Below, piece by piece: positions 41,044 through 51,410 of a DNA stretch of 64,000 nucleotides. Under the pieces are notes generated by a model. The model saw only the letters and a program-made list of their open reading frames with translations, made no database searches and was not told where the DNA came from. Each line of letters begins with the position of its first letter. Positions within the stretch are counted from its first letter, which is position 1. The stretch comes from Pirellulales bacterium (lineage in GTDB: Bacteria > Planctomycetota > Planctomycetia > Pirellulales > JAICIG01). Location of the stretch: the NCBI GenBank assembly GCA_035547915.1, contig DASZTS010000014.1, positions 53,134 through 117,133 of the forward strand, read 5' to 3'. The position numbers were made by a program, and so were the translations under genes.

Positions 41044-44000
41044 ACCTGAATAACTTTACCGAATCCGTTGTTGAGGAAGCAACACTCGCGTGGTTGGAAT
41101 CTCTTGGTTACTCCATCGCCCACGGCCCGGACCTGATCGAAACCGAGCGCGGCGGCGAATATGGCCGAGTCGTCCTCGAAGATCGCTTGCGCCAGGCGCT
41201 CCAGCGTCTTAACCCGAAACTGCCCGCAAGCGCTCTCGATGAAGCGTTCCGCAATCTGACGCGGCCTGACTCGCCCTCGCTAGTTGGCGGCAATCATGCC
41301 ATGCACCGGCTGCTGGTCGAGGGTGTGCCGGTGGAAGTGCAGCGCCCTGATGGCACCCTTGGCGGCGACATCGTGCGGGTTTTCGATTATGAGAATCCCA
41401 ACAACAACGACTTTCTTGCGGTGAACCAATTCACGATTGTGGAAAACAAGATTGAACGTCGGCCAGACGTTCTGCTGTTCATTAACGGCTTGCCGCTTGC
41501 TGTGATCGAATTGAAAAACGCTGCTGACGAGAACGCCACCCTTTGGAACGCCTTCAACCAGCTACAGACCTACAAGCAGCAAATCCCGTCCCTGTTCACC
41601 TGGAACGCAGCTCTGCTGGTCTCAGACGGCGTGCAAGCTCGCATCGGCACGCTGACGGCAGACCGCGAGCGGTTTATGCCGTGGAGGACTATCGCTGGCG
41701 AAGACTTGGCCCCGGCGTCGATGCCCGAACTGCAAGTGGTGTTGGAAGGCGTGTTCGAGAAGACGCGGTTTCTGCAACTGCTGCGGCACTTCATTGTGTT
41801 TGAGGACGAAGGCGGCGGTAAGCTCACCAAGAAAATGGCCGGCTATCACCAGTTCCATGCAGTGAACCTCGCCCTGGTAGCGACCATCAAAGCCACCGGT
41901 ATGGGCGGCGACCGTCGCGTCGGGGTGGTCTGGCATACTCAAGGTTCGGGCAAGAGCCTGACGATGGCGTTCTACGCCGGGCGGGTGGTTCTCGAACCGG
42001 CGATGAAGAATCCCACCATCGTCGTCATCACCGACCGCAACGACCTGGACGACCAGCTCTTCGGCACGTTCGCCCGTTGCAACGAACTCCTCCGGCAAAA
42101 GCCTGTGCAGGCCGAGAGCCGCGAGCAACTCCGCACTCTGCTGAAGACCGATTCGGGCGGCGTGATTTTCACCACCGTTCACAAGTTTTTTCCAACCGTT
42201 GAGGAAGCGAAGTTCCCGCTGCTGTCTGAACGGCGAAACATCGTCGTGATGGCGGATGAGGCTCATCGCAGCCAGTACGACTTCGTGGACGGTTTCGCGG
42301 CCCACATGCGGAACGCCTTGCCGGGAGCATCGTTTATCGGATTCACCGGAACGCCCATCGAACAGGCCGACGCCAACACGCGGGCCGTCTTTGGGAATTA
42401 TGTCAGCGTTTACGACATCGAGCGTGCCGTGAAAGACGGCGCAACGGTGCCGATCTACTACGAAAGCCGGCTTGCGAAGCTCAAACTCGACGAGTCGAAA
42501 AAGCCCAAGCTCGACGAGGAATTCGAGGAGGCGACCGAGGGTGAGGAAGAAAGCGCCAAAGCCAAACTGAAAACAAAATGGGCCGCCCTGGAATCCCTTG
42601 TCGGGGCGAAGGAACGCATCAAGCTGGTGGCAGCCGATATCGTGGCTCACTGGGAGAAACGGCTGGAGGCAATGGATGGAAAGGCGATGATCGTCTGCAT
42701 GAGCCGACGCATCTGCATTGATCTTTACAACGAGTTGGTCGCACTCCGCCCGGACTGGCACCACGGCGACGACGATAAGGGCGTGTTGAAGATCATCATG
42801 ACCGGCTCGGCGTCCGATCCTACCGAGTGGCAACCGCATATCCGCTCGAAGTCCCGCCGCGAGGAATTGGCAAAGCGGTTCAAGACCCCGCAAGACCCAT
42901 TCAAAGTGGTGATCGTCCGCGATATGTGGCTCACAGGCTTCGACGCTCCGTGCCTGCATACGATGTACGCCGATAAGCCAATGCGCGGACACGGTCTGAT
43001 GCAGGCCATCGCCCGCGTCAACCGCGTGTTCAAGGACAAGCCCGGCGGCCTGATCGTCGATTACCTCGGCCTTGCCCATGAACTGAAACAGGCGCTCGCC
43101 ACCTACACCGAAAGTGGCGGCCACGGGCAGACAGCGATTGACCAGGAGGAAGCCGTTGCGCTGATGCGCGAGAAACACGAAGTCTGTGCAGCCTTCTTCC
43201 ACGGTTTCGACTACTCAGGCTTTGCGGCCGGCAACGCCATGCAGAAACTCGGCATTCTGCCCGCAGCACAGGAACACATCCTGAAGCAGGAGGACGGCAA
43301 GAACCGTTTCGTTAAGGCGGTAGTCGAGTTATCCAAGGCATTCGCACTGGCGGTACCCGCCGACGACGCGATGGCCGTCGTGGACGACGTGGCGTTTTTC
43401 CAAGCGGTCAAATCCGTGTTGTCCAAGTCCATCGGCGACCAAATGCGCGACCCGGGCGACGTTGACCACGCGATCCGCCAGATCGTGTCGCGGGCCGTGT
43501 CGTCTGACGAAGTGATCGACATTTTCGCCGCAGCCGGGCTGAAGAAGCCGGACATTTCCGTCTTATCCGATGACTTCCTCGCCGAGGTGCGCGGGATGCC
43601 GCAACGGAATCTAGCCGTCGAAATGTTGCGAAAGCTGCTCCAAGGCGAGATCAAGCAGCGGTCGAAGAGAAACGTTGTTCAGGCCCGGTCGTTCCTAGAG
43701 ATGCTAGAGAAGTCCATCACCCGCTACCAGAACCGAGCCATCGAGACGGCGGCAGTGATCGAGGAATTGATCGGGCTGGCGAAGGACATGCGCGAGGCCC
43801 AGCAGCGCGGTGAACAACTCGGCCTAACCGACGACGAGATTGCGTTCTACGACGCCCTGGAAGTCAACGACAGTGCCGTGAAGGTACTCGGCGACGATGT
43901 GTTGAAACTGATCGCCCAGGATTTGGTGAAAGCGGTGCGGAACAACCTTACCATCGACTGGACTGTTCGGGAGAACGTGCGGGCTAACCTGCGTGTCATC

Positions 44001-44111
44001 ATCAAGCGGATTCTCCGCAAGCACGGCTACCCGCCGGACAAGCAGGAGAAAGCGACCAATACCGTGCTGGAGCAAGCCGAGGCCCTGTCGCGGGCCTGGG
44101 TCGATGTGTAA
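41040..44111 (+). CDS. hsdR: Type I restriction endonuclease subunit HsdR
   Basis: N-terminal nuclease domain, SF2 helicase motifs ([25 protein letters not shown]) and a C-terminal helical domain. Confidence 0.92.
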   Translation: MNLNNFTESVVEEATLAWLESLGYSIAHGPDLIETERGGEYGRVVLEDRLRQALQRLNPKLPASALDEAFRNLTRPDSPSLVGGNHAMHRLLVEGVPVEVQRPDGTLGGDIVRVFDYENPNNNDFLAVNQFTIVENKIERRPDVLLFINGLPLAVIELKNAADENATLWNAFNQLQTYKQQIPSLFTWNAALLVSDGVQARIGTLTADRERFMPWRTIAGEDLAPASMPELQVVLEGVFEKTRFLQLLRHFIVFEDEGGGKLTKKMAGYHQFHAVNLALVATIKATGMGGDRRVGVVWHTQGSGKSLTMAFYAGRVVLEPAMKNPTIVVITDRNDLDDQLFGTFARCNELLRQKPVQAESREQLRTLLKTDSGGVIFTTVHKFFPTVEEAKFPLLSERRNIVVMADEAHRSQYDFVDGFAAHMRNALPGASFIGFTGTPIEQADANTRAVFGNYVSVYDIERAVKDGATVPIYYESRLAKLKLDESKKPKLDEEFEEATEGEEESAKAKLKTKWAALESLVGAKERIKLVAADIVAHWEKRLEAMDGKAMIVCMSRRICIDLYNELVALRPDWHHGDDDKGVLKIIMTGSASDPTEWQPHIRSKSRREELAKRFKTPQDPFKVVIVRDMWLTGFDAPCLHTMYADKPMRGHGLMQAIARVNRVFKDKPGGLIVDYLGLAHELKQALATYTESGGHGQTAIDQEEAVALMREKHEVCAAFFHGFDYSGFAAGNAMQKLGILPAAQEHILKQEDGKNRFVKAVVELSKAFALAVPADDAMAVVDDVAFFQAVKSVLSKSIGDQMRDPGDVDHAIRQIVSRAVSSDEVIDIFAAAGLKKPDISVLSDDFLAEVRGMPQRNLAVEMLRKLLQGEIKQRSKRNVVQARSFLEMLEKSITRYQNRAIETAAVIEELIGLAKDMREAQQRGEQLGLTDDEIAFYDALEVNDSAVKVLGDDVLKLIAQDLVKAVRNNLTIDWTVRENVRANLRVIIKRILRKHGYPPDKQEKATNTVLEQAEALSRAWVDV

Positions 44112-44190
44112 AGCAACAGATGTTGAATCAGGAATGAGGGCTTTATGAAAGAAGGAACGATCTGGGGCAACCGAGCATGAGGTACAAGTT

Positions 44191-44574
44191 GTGAGAATCA
44201 TTGGACATGGAATCGACATAGTTGAAATTGCCCGCATTCAACGCCTGCTCGATATGCCAAACAGCGAATGGACACGGGCTGCATTCACTTCAAAAGAACG
44301 CGAACTTGCCGACGCACCACCGGCAGACACCCGATATTTCGCAGCACGCTACGCCGCCAAAGAAGCAGTAGGTAAGGCACTCGGAACAGGAATAAGCGGG
44401 GAGATCGCATGGATGGACATCGAAATCCTGCGCCAAGCGACAGGTGAACCGGCGGTGTCCCTGACGCATGCCGCACTGGAGTCCGCCAATGAGCTTGGGG
44501 TAACCCGCTGGATCATCAGCATCAGCCATAGCGGCACGTATGCCGTGGCCAGCGCTATTGCCGTCAGTGAATGA
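44191..44574 (+). CDS. acpS: Holo-[acyl-carrier-protein] synthase (4'-phosphopantetheinyl transferase, AcpS type)
   Basis: MRIIGHGIDIVEIARI...AAKEAVGKALGTG matches AcpS throughout. Confidence 0.8.
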   Translation: MRIIGHGIDIVEIARIQRLLDMPNSEWTRAAFTSKERELADAPPADTRYFAARYAAKEAVGKALGTGISGEIAWMDIEILRQATGEPAVSLTHAALESANELGVTRWIISISHSGTYAVASAIAVSE

Positions 44575-44590
44575 CCAATCTTACTCGCTT

Positions 44591-46555
44591 CTATTGAGTC
44601 TCCTTCATCGTGATCGAGTGCGCATCCAGGTCAACGATGAGACTGCCCGCACCGCGCCGTTTGATTTCCCTCCAAACAGCAAATCCCTCGATGATCGCCT
44701 GTTCCCACTCGCCTGGTGTACAGCAGGATACCTCCAGATGTGACGTCATGTTTTTAATCATCCGGAGGAGTTCGGCGCTCACGCTCGCCTTTCCCTCAAG
44801 CCAGTTGTAATCCTTGGCGTAGGCGAAAATCATGGCAGAAAGCCCTTCCTCCGTCGCGATGGCCCTGCCTCCATCCTCGACTTGATCCACAATTGGATTG
44901 CTCTTCCGTTTCTTCTTCAACATCCTCCGGGTCAGTGGAGACCAGCCAAGCACGGCGGCAAAGGAAAGATGCAGCACGTCATGGAAACCATAGCCATCTT
45001 TCTCGTAGGCGTTATCCGTGAGCGGGTCGCCAAATGGCTCGCCCTTGTAGAAGACCCGGACAACTTCCTTCTCGTCCTTGTCGTGGGTGGTTGCGAAGTC
45101 GATCACAAACCGACGCGGGAATCGTTCCCCCTCTGGGAAGCCTGCATCCAGCGGCTTGCGTTTCGGCAAAGCCCCCCAGCGCTGTTCGCACTTTGCGAGG
45201 TTCCGTTCGGCGACCTCTGCCAGATCAAGGCCGAACTTCGTAGCCAGATTTGACAAATACCAGAGCAGGTCGCCGAGTTCCTCCACAAAGCGATCTTGAA
45301 ACAATGTGTGGGATTCGCCATCGCGCAAGAACTTCTTGTACTCGGTGAGCAATTCACCTGCCTCGCCGGCAAGGCCAAGGAGCGGAATCATGACGCCCTT
45401 TTGATCGGAACCTGGATTCCGGTCGGTCTTCGCCGCTCGCTGTTGATATGCACGCAGGTCCATTTTTGTTCCTCCTGAAGTTGTGATCGTTGTAGCGTCA
45501 AGGCAGTGCGCTGCTACTGCCGCATTGAGGCCCCACTTCGGCGGATACCAATACGAGATCGGTTCAGGATTCGGCCTGAATCGTTGCTTGATGCGGGTTC
45601 GCCCGTTCTGGCCACTAAATTCGGGATGCCGGACGCGGGCGTATTTATCCACCTCACAGAAGAGGTTCTGGCAGTCAATAAGCTGGAGCCTTCGCCCCCA
45701 TAAACTTTGGAATTCAAGGCCCAAGCGAGCAAACTCAGCCTCCTGCCGATCCGCCATGAACCGGATGACTTCAGCATCGTTCAATCCTGCTGTGTCATGA
45801 AAGCACTTGCGAATGCCGTCCATAGCACCAGGCCCAGGAACGACAAACTCCATCTCTGAGAAGCTCGTAAGCGGGCTATAGTTCACATCCGTTGCGTACT
45901 GATATGCCAAGAAATCGCCGATGGTCGCATATCCGCGCAACAGGTCGAATGCGCGCTGCATATTTGGCGCGTCCTTCAAGCGGCGAGGCAAGCCATCGCT
46001 CAACATTGTCTCGATTAGGACAAGGTGATTGCGATGCTTCTTCACGTGACCGAAGGATTGTCCCGACGGCATGATGTAGGCAGCGGAGTATACTTTCGCA
46101 CCGCGAGACATGGCGCGCGTGAGAATCTGGTCGTAGCGCTTGAATGAGTAGTCCTCGTAAGTGACCTGCCCAAGGGATTGCTCCAAAAGCTCCCACGTCT
46201 CAATCCGATTGAACACCTTGAAAAGGATAAGACGGAAGAACACTTCCTGTGGGTCGCTCGGCAAGTCGTCACGATAGATGACTCGCCGGATAAGGTATTG
46301 GCTAACGCGATCCGAAGCGCGGTAAGCGTTCGTGAATTTGTGGGCAAGCAATACAGCGTCATCTGTCCAGGGTGGCAGTTCTTGCGCTAGGCGTTTGAAG
46401 AATATCCGCTGCCGTTCGGCGGCGAGCCGCCAGTACGTGTCAAAGACAGCCGTCGGCTTCAGCGGTGCAATACACGGCGGTGCATATTCGCCCTGTGGCG
46501 CTTGCTTCTGGGCGAAGAGTCCCGCCCCTGACCTACGTGCTGACTTCATGGGCAA
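44591..46555 (-). CDS. Multidomain protein: N-terminal ~370-aa domain of unknown function + MazG-like NTP pyrophosphohydrolase domain + C-terminal domain
   Basis: MazG all-alpha NTP-PPase signature (MIPLLGLAGEAGELLTEYKKF...EELGDLLWYLSNLATKFGLDLAEVAERNLAKCEQRW). The N-terminal region (FKRLAQELPPWTDDAVLLAHKFTNAYRASDRVSQYL) was not recognised. Overlaps the TS-like gene by 10 nt. Confidence 0.7.
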   Translation of the reverse strand: MPMKSARRSGAGLFAQKQAPQGEYAPPCIAPLKPTAVFDTYWRLAAERQRIFFKRLAQELPPWTDDAVLLAHKFTNAYRASDRVSQYLIRRVIYRDDLPSDPQEVFFRLILFKVFNRIETWELLEQSLGQVTYEDYSFKRYDQILTRAMSRGAKVYSAAYIMPSGQSFGHVKKHRNHLVLIETMLSDGLPRRLKDAPNMQRAFDLLRGYATIGDFLAYQYATDVNYSPLTSFSEMEFVVPGPGAMDGIRKCFHDTAGLNDAEVIRFMADRQEAEFARLGLEFQSLWGRRLQLIDCQNLFCEVDKYARVRHPEFSGQNGRTRIKQRFRPNPEPISYWYPPKWGLNAAVAAHCLDATTITTSGGTKMDLRAYQQRAAKTDRNPGSDQKGVMIPLLGLAGEAGELLTEYKKFLRDGESHTLFQDRFVEELGDLLWYLSNLATKFGLDLAEVAERNLAKCEQRWGALPKRKPLDAGFPEGERFPRRFVIDFATTHDKDEKEVVRVFYKGEPFGDPLTDNAYEKDGYGFHDVLHLSFAAVLGWSPLTRRMLKKKRKSNPIVDQVEDGGRAIATEEGLSAMIFAYAKDYNWLEGKASVSAELLRMIKNMTSHLEVSCCTPGEWEQAIIEGFAVWREIKRRGAGSLIVDLDAHSITMKETQ

Positions 46556-47412
46556 CCCTTCGCGCCGACGAGCGAGTCAACGTTTTCGGTCTCGATGCAC
46601 GCCCGCGACAGTGCCATCAGCCGGTCGAGGAGAACACCACGCTTCGGGCGCATCGCAGAGTCCATTTTCTGAATGCCCGTGTAACAACAGAGCTGACTGA
46701 AACGCAGGCCAGTTTGACTGGCGACGAACTCGCCAAGCCGGCACAATCCCAGCCAGTTTCCATATGCCTTCACGAACAACTGCTGAGTTGCATAGAAGGC
46801 GTTGAGTGCCAACGTCCCGTCGGTGAAATCGGGCACGAAAGTGATGTGCTGGAGGCACGGGAATCCTTGCTGCGCCGCGCCAGTCAGGTCGCGCACTGGG
46901 TCATAGACCGCAGCTTGAAGCATTGCTCGCCTTTTTCCCTTTTGGCAGTGCTCAATGATGAACTCGATTTGATTGCCGTCGCTGCTCCATGCAGTCGCGG
47001 GCAGGTGCTTTACACGCTGCCCTGTTCTTGGATCAGTCCCGAATGCGATCAACCGGGCGAAATACATCCCGTGTCCATTCTTGGATGGCTCCATCGTCAC
47101 GTAGTCGGGGAGGTAAGTGAGATAGTCCTTGTACAGTTTGTAGCGGTCGCCATTGGCACGCCGCCACAATGCCTGCGGGAAGATCGACTTCGCCACCTTC
47201 TCGACAAGCTGATGCCCGGCTTCGTCAAGGCAAGCGTCGAGCGCGGCACGCACGTCCTTATCCTCTGTGACAACGCCATCGGCGAAGCCGGTGACACTGA
47301 CCAGACATGGCGTCAGCTCGTGACCGCGCCGTGAAAGCGCTTCGAGGAAGCACCGTGACCAGGCCATTGAGAGACTCGGATCGCTGCTCGCGTACAGACC
47401 ATTCTTACTCAT
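46546..47412 (-). CDS. Divergent thymidylate synthase-fold protein (ThyA / dNMP hydroxymethylase family)
   Basis: GFPCLQHITFVPD...GTLALNAFYATQQLFVKAYGNWLGL aligns with the TS catalytic-Cys region (LPPCH..[33 protein letters not shown]). Confidence 0.5.
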   Translation of the reverse strand: MSKNGLYASSDPSLSMAWSRCFLEALSRRGHELTPCLVSVTGFADGVVTEDKDVRAALDACLDEAGHQLVEKVAKSIFPQALWRRANGDRYKLYKDYLTYLPDYVTMEPSKNGHGMYFARLIAFGTDPRTGQRVKHLPATAWSSDGNQIEFIIEHCQKGKRRAMLQAAVYDPVRDLTGAAQQGFPCLQHITFVPDFTDGTLALNAFYATQQLFVKAYGNWLGLCRLGEFVASQTGLRFSQLCCYTGIQKMDSAMRPKRGVLLDRLMALSRACIETENVDSLVGAKGCP

Positions 47413-48286
47413 CGTCGCCTTCCTCTCGTGCCAGGTGCCGATATTGACTCCAACCGGCGTACTGGTACGGCGATATCCGAACCACCACGGCCCATTGACC
47501 AGGGGCCTCGACTCGGCTCAAGCCAGCCCTTTCAGCTCTAAACAGTCGGCCTGCGGACAGATCGCCGATCGGTGTAAGGCAAGTGCGATACTCAGGTTCG
47601 CTGCCCGCAGGCAGCAACAGAAACGTGCCGACTTCGGCGTCAACTTGCGCCAAAGCATAATGTTGGTCGGCGACGATCAATCGTTCCGCCGCATCTGAAC
47701 CGAGTAGCGCACGGCGGATGGCGGGCAGCTTCGCGCGCCGCAGCTTTTCCGCCTGCCTTGTACCGATCTCGCCCAGACCATAAGCCAAGTGGCTCACTAT
47801 GGTCTCATATCCAACGCCGAAGTGGCACGCGACCACGTAAAGCTGCTCTGGCGAGGCCGCATTTAGAGACCACTTTCGGGCCGTAAACGCGCGCCGAACC
47901 CCGAGCTTCGGCATCAGGAGAAAGCCGGCGAACGCATTGACTAAAAACTCATTCGGGTCGGTGCGTGGATTGGCATGGCTGTCCTCTTGAAGCTCGTCGA
48001 TTGTGGAGCCGTGGCCGAACACATGATGCCCAAGTTCATGTGCACAGTTAAAGACCCGACGCGGTAGTGGGCGCAATGCCGAGACTTGGATCAAGGGGCG
48101 ACTTGACCGAAGGTAGCACCCTTCCATGTTGTAATCGACGAACAGCACACGTACCTTCGGTGAAAGCCGGTCGCATAGGTCGAAGACGTTCAAGGGCGTG
48201 CCGAAGTCGATTCCTGCACGCTCGCGGACCTCCAGCGCCATCTGCAATGCGTCCTGGGCCAGTGCGGTTCGGTCCACCACGGTCAC
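47405..48286 (-). CDS. ImmA/IrrE-family metallopeptidase (DUF955)
   Basis: HEXXH motif (CAHELGHHVFGH) in the ImmA-like context, directly downstream of the XRE repressor gene. Confidence 0.8.
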   Translation of the reverse strand: MTVVDRTALAQDALQMALEVRERAGIDFGTPLNVFDLCDRLSPKVRVLFVDYNMEGCYLRSSRPLIQVSALRPLPRRVFNCAHELGHHVFGHGSTIDELQEDSHANPRTDPNEFLVNAFAGFLLMPKLGVRRAFTARKWSLNAASPEQLYVVACHFGVGYETIVSHLAYGLGEIGTRQAEKLRRAKLPAIRRALLGSDAAERLIVADQHYALAQVDAEVGTFLLLPAGSEPEYRTCLTPIGDLSAGRLFRAERAGLSRVEAPGQWAVVVRISPYQYAGWSQYRHLAREEGDDE

Positions 48287-48633
48287 TCTCCTTCACGTGG
48301 GCCGCGGAGCGCCGCCAACGCGCGCATTAGTTTGTCCAAGTCATCTGGTTTTAGTTTTTGCAATTCGCGAAACGCAAGTTGCAGTCGCTCGTCTTGGGGC
48401 TGGAGCTGATCCCCTCCCTCGCCCGATAGCCAAGCGACACTGACATCGTATATTTCCGCGAAGCGGGTCAGCTCCGTTACGGTCACGTTCCGGTTACCCG
48501 CCTCAATCTCCGAAATCGTCGGGCGGTGCAGGTCCATCATTTTTGCCACCTGCCCCTGTGACAGGCCCGCCAGCTTGCGCGCTTCCCGGAGCCTTCGGGC
48601 GATGAGCTGCTTCTTGTCCAATGTGTCGCTCAT
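48283..48633 (-). CDS. XRE-family HTH transcriptional repressor (ImmR-like)
   Basis: LREARKLAGLSQGQVAKMMDLHRPTISEIEAGNRNVTVTELTRFAEIY helix-turn-helix. Confidence 0.8.
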   Translation of the reverse strand: MSDTLDKKQLIARRLREARKLAGLSQGQVAKMMDLHRPTISEIEAGNRNVTVTELTRFAEIYDVSVAWLSGEGGDQLQPQDERLQLAFRELQKLKPDDLDKLMRALAALRGPREGE

Positions 48634-48935
48634 GTCTTGGCCTCCTGTCCAGCGTAGGCTTCAATGAAGCGGTGCGCGATCTCCTCGATGGACAGCTTGC
48701 GCTTGCCGTCTTGAGATACGTAAATGTTCTTCACCCGCGTTCCCTCTGGCAGTGGGTTGCCCAAATCCCGGGCAAGCCTGCGGACGATTTCGGGAATGAA
48801 GTCACTCTCAAAGCCCTTTAGACCATCCAACGGGCAAATTGACGGACGAATTTTGTCTTCGTCGTCGTAGCCTCCGCCGCGCTGGTAATCGCGATGGATT
48901 TCGACGAGCTTGGCGACCACATCGTCTTTTTTCAT
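48630..48935 (-). CDS. Hypothetical protein
   Basis: RBS AAAGGAGA then ATG (MKKDD...). First gene of the XRE-ImmA-TS-like-MazG operon. Confidence 0.45.
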   Translation of the reverse strand: MKKDDVVAKLVEIHRDYQRGGGYDDEDKIRPSICPLDGLKGFESDFIPEIVRRLARDLGNPLPEGTRVKNIYVSQDGKRKLSIEEIAHRFIEAYAGQEAKT

Positions 48936-49233
48936 CGGTAAATCTCCTTTATGTAAGATAATCTTACCAACCGGTAAGGAGGCTGTCAAGGAGAATTTCG
49001 TCATGCACCTTCTGCCTGACGCACGTGACCGCTTCCGCCGCCTTGCGGCACACCTTGCGATGCGAACTACTTTGCGGCCCCTGCCATTTCATGTCTGAAC
49101 GCCGCCCCAGCCAGACGTCAAGCGGGACTAAGCCCATCGAAAAAGACGTGACAATCGGGCGTGGAGTGGTTTGCTCTCAGGCAAATCGCCCAGAACCAGG
49201 GTCAAGACTGGCTGAAGACAGTGCAAGCAATCA

Positions 49234-50436
49234 TTACGCCTTCGCCGCAGCTTCAAGCTGCTTCTCGTTGGCGACGACATCGACATGCCACACTCCCGCC
49301 TCCGCAAGGAACTTAGCCGCACGCTTCGCGAGGTTCAGCAGTCGTGTGTCGTGTGTGAGAAAGATGTTCATCGTGCTCAACATTGCGGCATGCTCGCAGT
49401 CGAACGACAGCCCACCCGTCGGAATCTCCCCCTTGGCCAGGCACATTTCCAACTCTCCCAACACTACCTCGTCAGGCACGCGGGCGTATAAAAGGCACGT
49501 GCGCGACAGATTGCGGAATAGTATTTGGAGCGCCTTGGCCAGGAGCTGAGCGTCGGACGCGCACTGCGCCGGGGCCGCCTCCGCGAGAAACTTCGGCGGC
49601 GCCATCGCCTTGTTTCCGTGGATGACACCCCAGTAATCCCGGATCGCAGCCGTGTCAAACGTCATGAGCAGGAACGAATTGCGGTGGAACACGCTGGCCA
49701 TACACTGCCCTAATTCCGCCGCGCTATACGCCTCCGCAACCTGCTTTTTGTTCTTTTGAAGGCGTCCACGCGTGGCGTCGTCCATCGGCGTTGCCTGCGC
49801 CACATTCTGGTCGATCTCGTCGCGCAGGTCCTGGAGTGGCCGTGCATCGAATTCGGCCCAAATGTCGTCGGTCGTTACCAGAAATTCTTTGGCGCATTTG
49901 ACCATCTCGTCCACGAACGCCGCCGGGGCACGGGCGAATCGCGAGTGAAGCAATCGGCTGGTGATCTTCGACCGTAAAAGATCATCAATCGCCTCTGGGC
50001 GGTTGAGCGTCCGGAGCGCCGCAAGCATGGCGAGCAGGCCCGCATATACCTGTTGGCTGGTAGTCTGCGCGAACTCGAAATAATCCAAGCACCGGATGGC
50101 CGCCGGGGCCGCAGCGTCAATGACCTGGAGCAAATTCCGCACAAGCAGAAACTCGAATCCGGGTGCCATCCGGCGGCAATTGGTCAGTTCGACAAGTGCC
50201 TGGGCGAGGCGCACGCGAAGGTCCAGCTTCGGCGTGTCCCTCAAGCAACTCTGCTCATCGAAATCAGCGCATAGGAAAATCTCCAGCACATTGACCGGGC
50301 TGGTCCACACTTCGACCGCTCCTTCAGCCGCCAGATTGGCGATCATGCCGCCGAGTTTCGTCTCACTCCACGGTGTCGCAGCATCCTCGCACATGGTAGA
50401 AAGGCAACACTGGTCGATGTATAGCTTCTTTGGCAT
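49234..50436 (-). CDS. Hypothetical protein
   Basis: 400-aa ORF with no recognised motif. Last gene of the element before the tRNA array resumes. Confidence 0.5.
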   Translation of the reverse strand: MPKKLYIDQCCLSTMCEDAATPWSETKLGGMIANLAAEGAVEVWTSPVNVLEIFLCADFDEQSCLRDTPKLDLRVRLAQALVELTNCRRMAPGFEFLLVRNLLQVIDAAAPAAIRCLDYFEFAQTTSQQVYAGLLAMLAALRTLNRPEAIDDLLRSKITSRLLHSRFARAPAAFVDEMVKCAKEFLVTTDDIWAEFDARPLQDLRDEIDQNVAQATPMDDATRGRLQKNKKQVAEAYSAAELGQCMASVFHRNSFLLMTFDTAAIRDYWGVIHGNKAMAPPKFLAEAAPAQCASDAQLLAKALQILFRNLSRTCLLYARVPDEVVLGELEMCLAKGEIPTGGLSFDCEHAAMLSTMNIFLTHDTRLLNLAKRAAKFLAEAGVWHVDVVANEKQLEAAAKA

Positions 50437-50690
50437 TCAGATCAGGCTCCGCATTTACGCATCCGCGTGTCGCACCGGCGCGCAGTTCCTCTCCGCCTCC
50501 CCAAGTTACGACGCTGGTACGTGGCCAAGGTTCGCGCCTACCTAGCTAGGGTAAATTCGCTCATTTCTGCAAGCGGTCTCCGAAGCCGGGTATCGCCGCA
50601 AGTGCTTGCCCTGCAAGCGGTAGCTGCGAACAAAGTGATTTGACGCCGGCGATAAAAAGTTCAATAGCCGTCTTGTCGCCCCGACTCGAT

Positions 50691-50765
50691 TGCGGTGGGA
50701 CCCGTGTTGGTACGGGTAGGCGGCTGTTAACCGCCCGGACGCAGGTTCGATTCCTGCCACCGCAG
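50691..50765 (+). tRNA. tRNA-Asn(GTT)
   Basis: U1:A72 acceptor TGCGGTG/CACCGCA, G73, anticodon arm GGCGG-CTGTTAA-CCGCC, T-arm GCAGG-TTCGATT-CCTGC. Confidence 0.8.
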
Positions 50766-50805
50766 CTTTTTTAAGCCTAATCTGGTTTTGTCGGTTGCTC
50801 TAAAT

Positions 50806-50877
50806 GTGCCCTTGGCCGAGCGGCAAAGGCTCCAGCCTTCCAAGCTGGCGAGGCGAGTTCGACTCTCGCAGGGCACT
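50806..50877 (+). tRNA. tRNA-Gly(TCC)
   Basis: Acceptor GTGCCCT/AGGGCAC, U73, anticodon arm CCAGC-CTTCCAA-GCTGG, T-arm GCGAG-TTCGACT-CTCGC. Confidence 0.8.
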
Positions 50878-50891
50878 CTGCATCGGATTGA

Positions 50892-50962
50892 TCGGGGATC
50901 GGCTAACGGTAGGCTGCCTGGCTTTGACCCAGGTGATGGAGGTTCAAGTCCTTCTCCCCGAA
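50892..50962 (+). tRNA. tRNA-Gln(TTG)
   Basis: U1:A72 acceptor TCGGGGA/TCCCCGA, anticodon arm CCTGG-CTTTGAC-CCAGG, T-arm GGAGG-TTCAAGT-CCTTC. Short D-arm. Confidence 0.65.
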
Positions 50963-50998
50963 CTTTGCTCGCGATGGTGTGTCTCAAGTAATACCCGA

Positions 50999-51072
50999 TC
51001 CGGGGCAGTCGCTGCTGGTAGCGATGCCTGGCTCTGAACCAGGAGGCGTTGGTTCGATTCCAACCCCCGGAA
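50999..51072 (+). tRNA. tRNA-Gln(CTG)
   Basis: Acceptor TCCGGGG/CCCCGGA, D-stem GTCGC/GCGAT, anticodon arm CCTGG-CTCTGAA-CCAGG, T-arm GTTGG-TTCGATT-CCAAC. Confidence 0.75.
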
Positions 51073-51121
51073 TTTTTATGGTCGAAAGAGATCTGCAACA
51101 AGTCGTGAACAACAGATAGAT

Positions 51122-51209
51122 GCGGAGGTCATCCGGCTGGATGAGGAACTTGTCTCGAAAACAAGTAGCGGCCCTGCCGCTTGTGAGTTCGAGTCTCACG
51201 GCCTCCGCC
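51122..51209 (+). tRNA. tRNA-Ser(CGA) (class II)
   Basis: Acceptor GCGGAGG/CCTCCGC, anticodon arm CTTGT-CTCGAAA-ACAAG, long variable arm GCGGCCCTGCCGC, T-arm GTGAG-TTCGAGT-CTCAC. Confidence 0.75.
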
Positions 51210-51322
51210 TTGAGTAAGAGCGGCTGATAGAAACCAAAAGCCCGAGCGCCATGGCAAAAATTGGCTGTGAAACGCCAATTTTTCGGCAGCTCGATCCAAT
51301 TTTGTCGGCTGCAATAAAACAC

Positions 51323-51395
51323 GGTCCCGTGGCCTAGCAGCGAAGGCAGCACCCTTACAAGGTGACGATCGACAGTGCGAGTCTGTCCGGGACTA
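51323..51395 (+). tRNA. tRNA-Val(TAC)
   Basis: Acceptor GGTCCCG/CGGGACT, anticodon arm GCACC-CTTACAA-GGTGA, T-arm GACAG-TGCGAGT-CTGTC (G55 in place of U). Confidence 0.65.
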
Positions 51396-51410
51396 CTTCA
51401 AACGCGAATC

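Noticed and set aside
50437-50690. Direct repeat of the tRNA-Pro(CGG) 3' end at the right boundary of the element (expected attR for a tyrosine-integrase island)
   Set aside because: No convincing copy of the tRNA-Pro 3' segment was found by eye. That fits a serine-recombinase-mediated insertion with a minimal crossover core, so the right boundary cannot be fixed from sequence alone.
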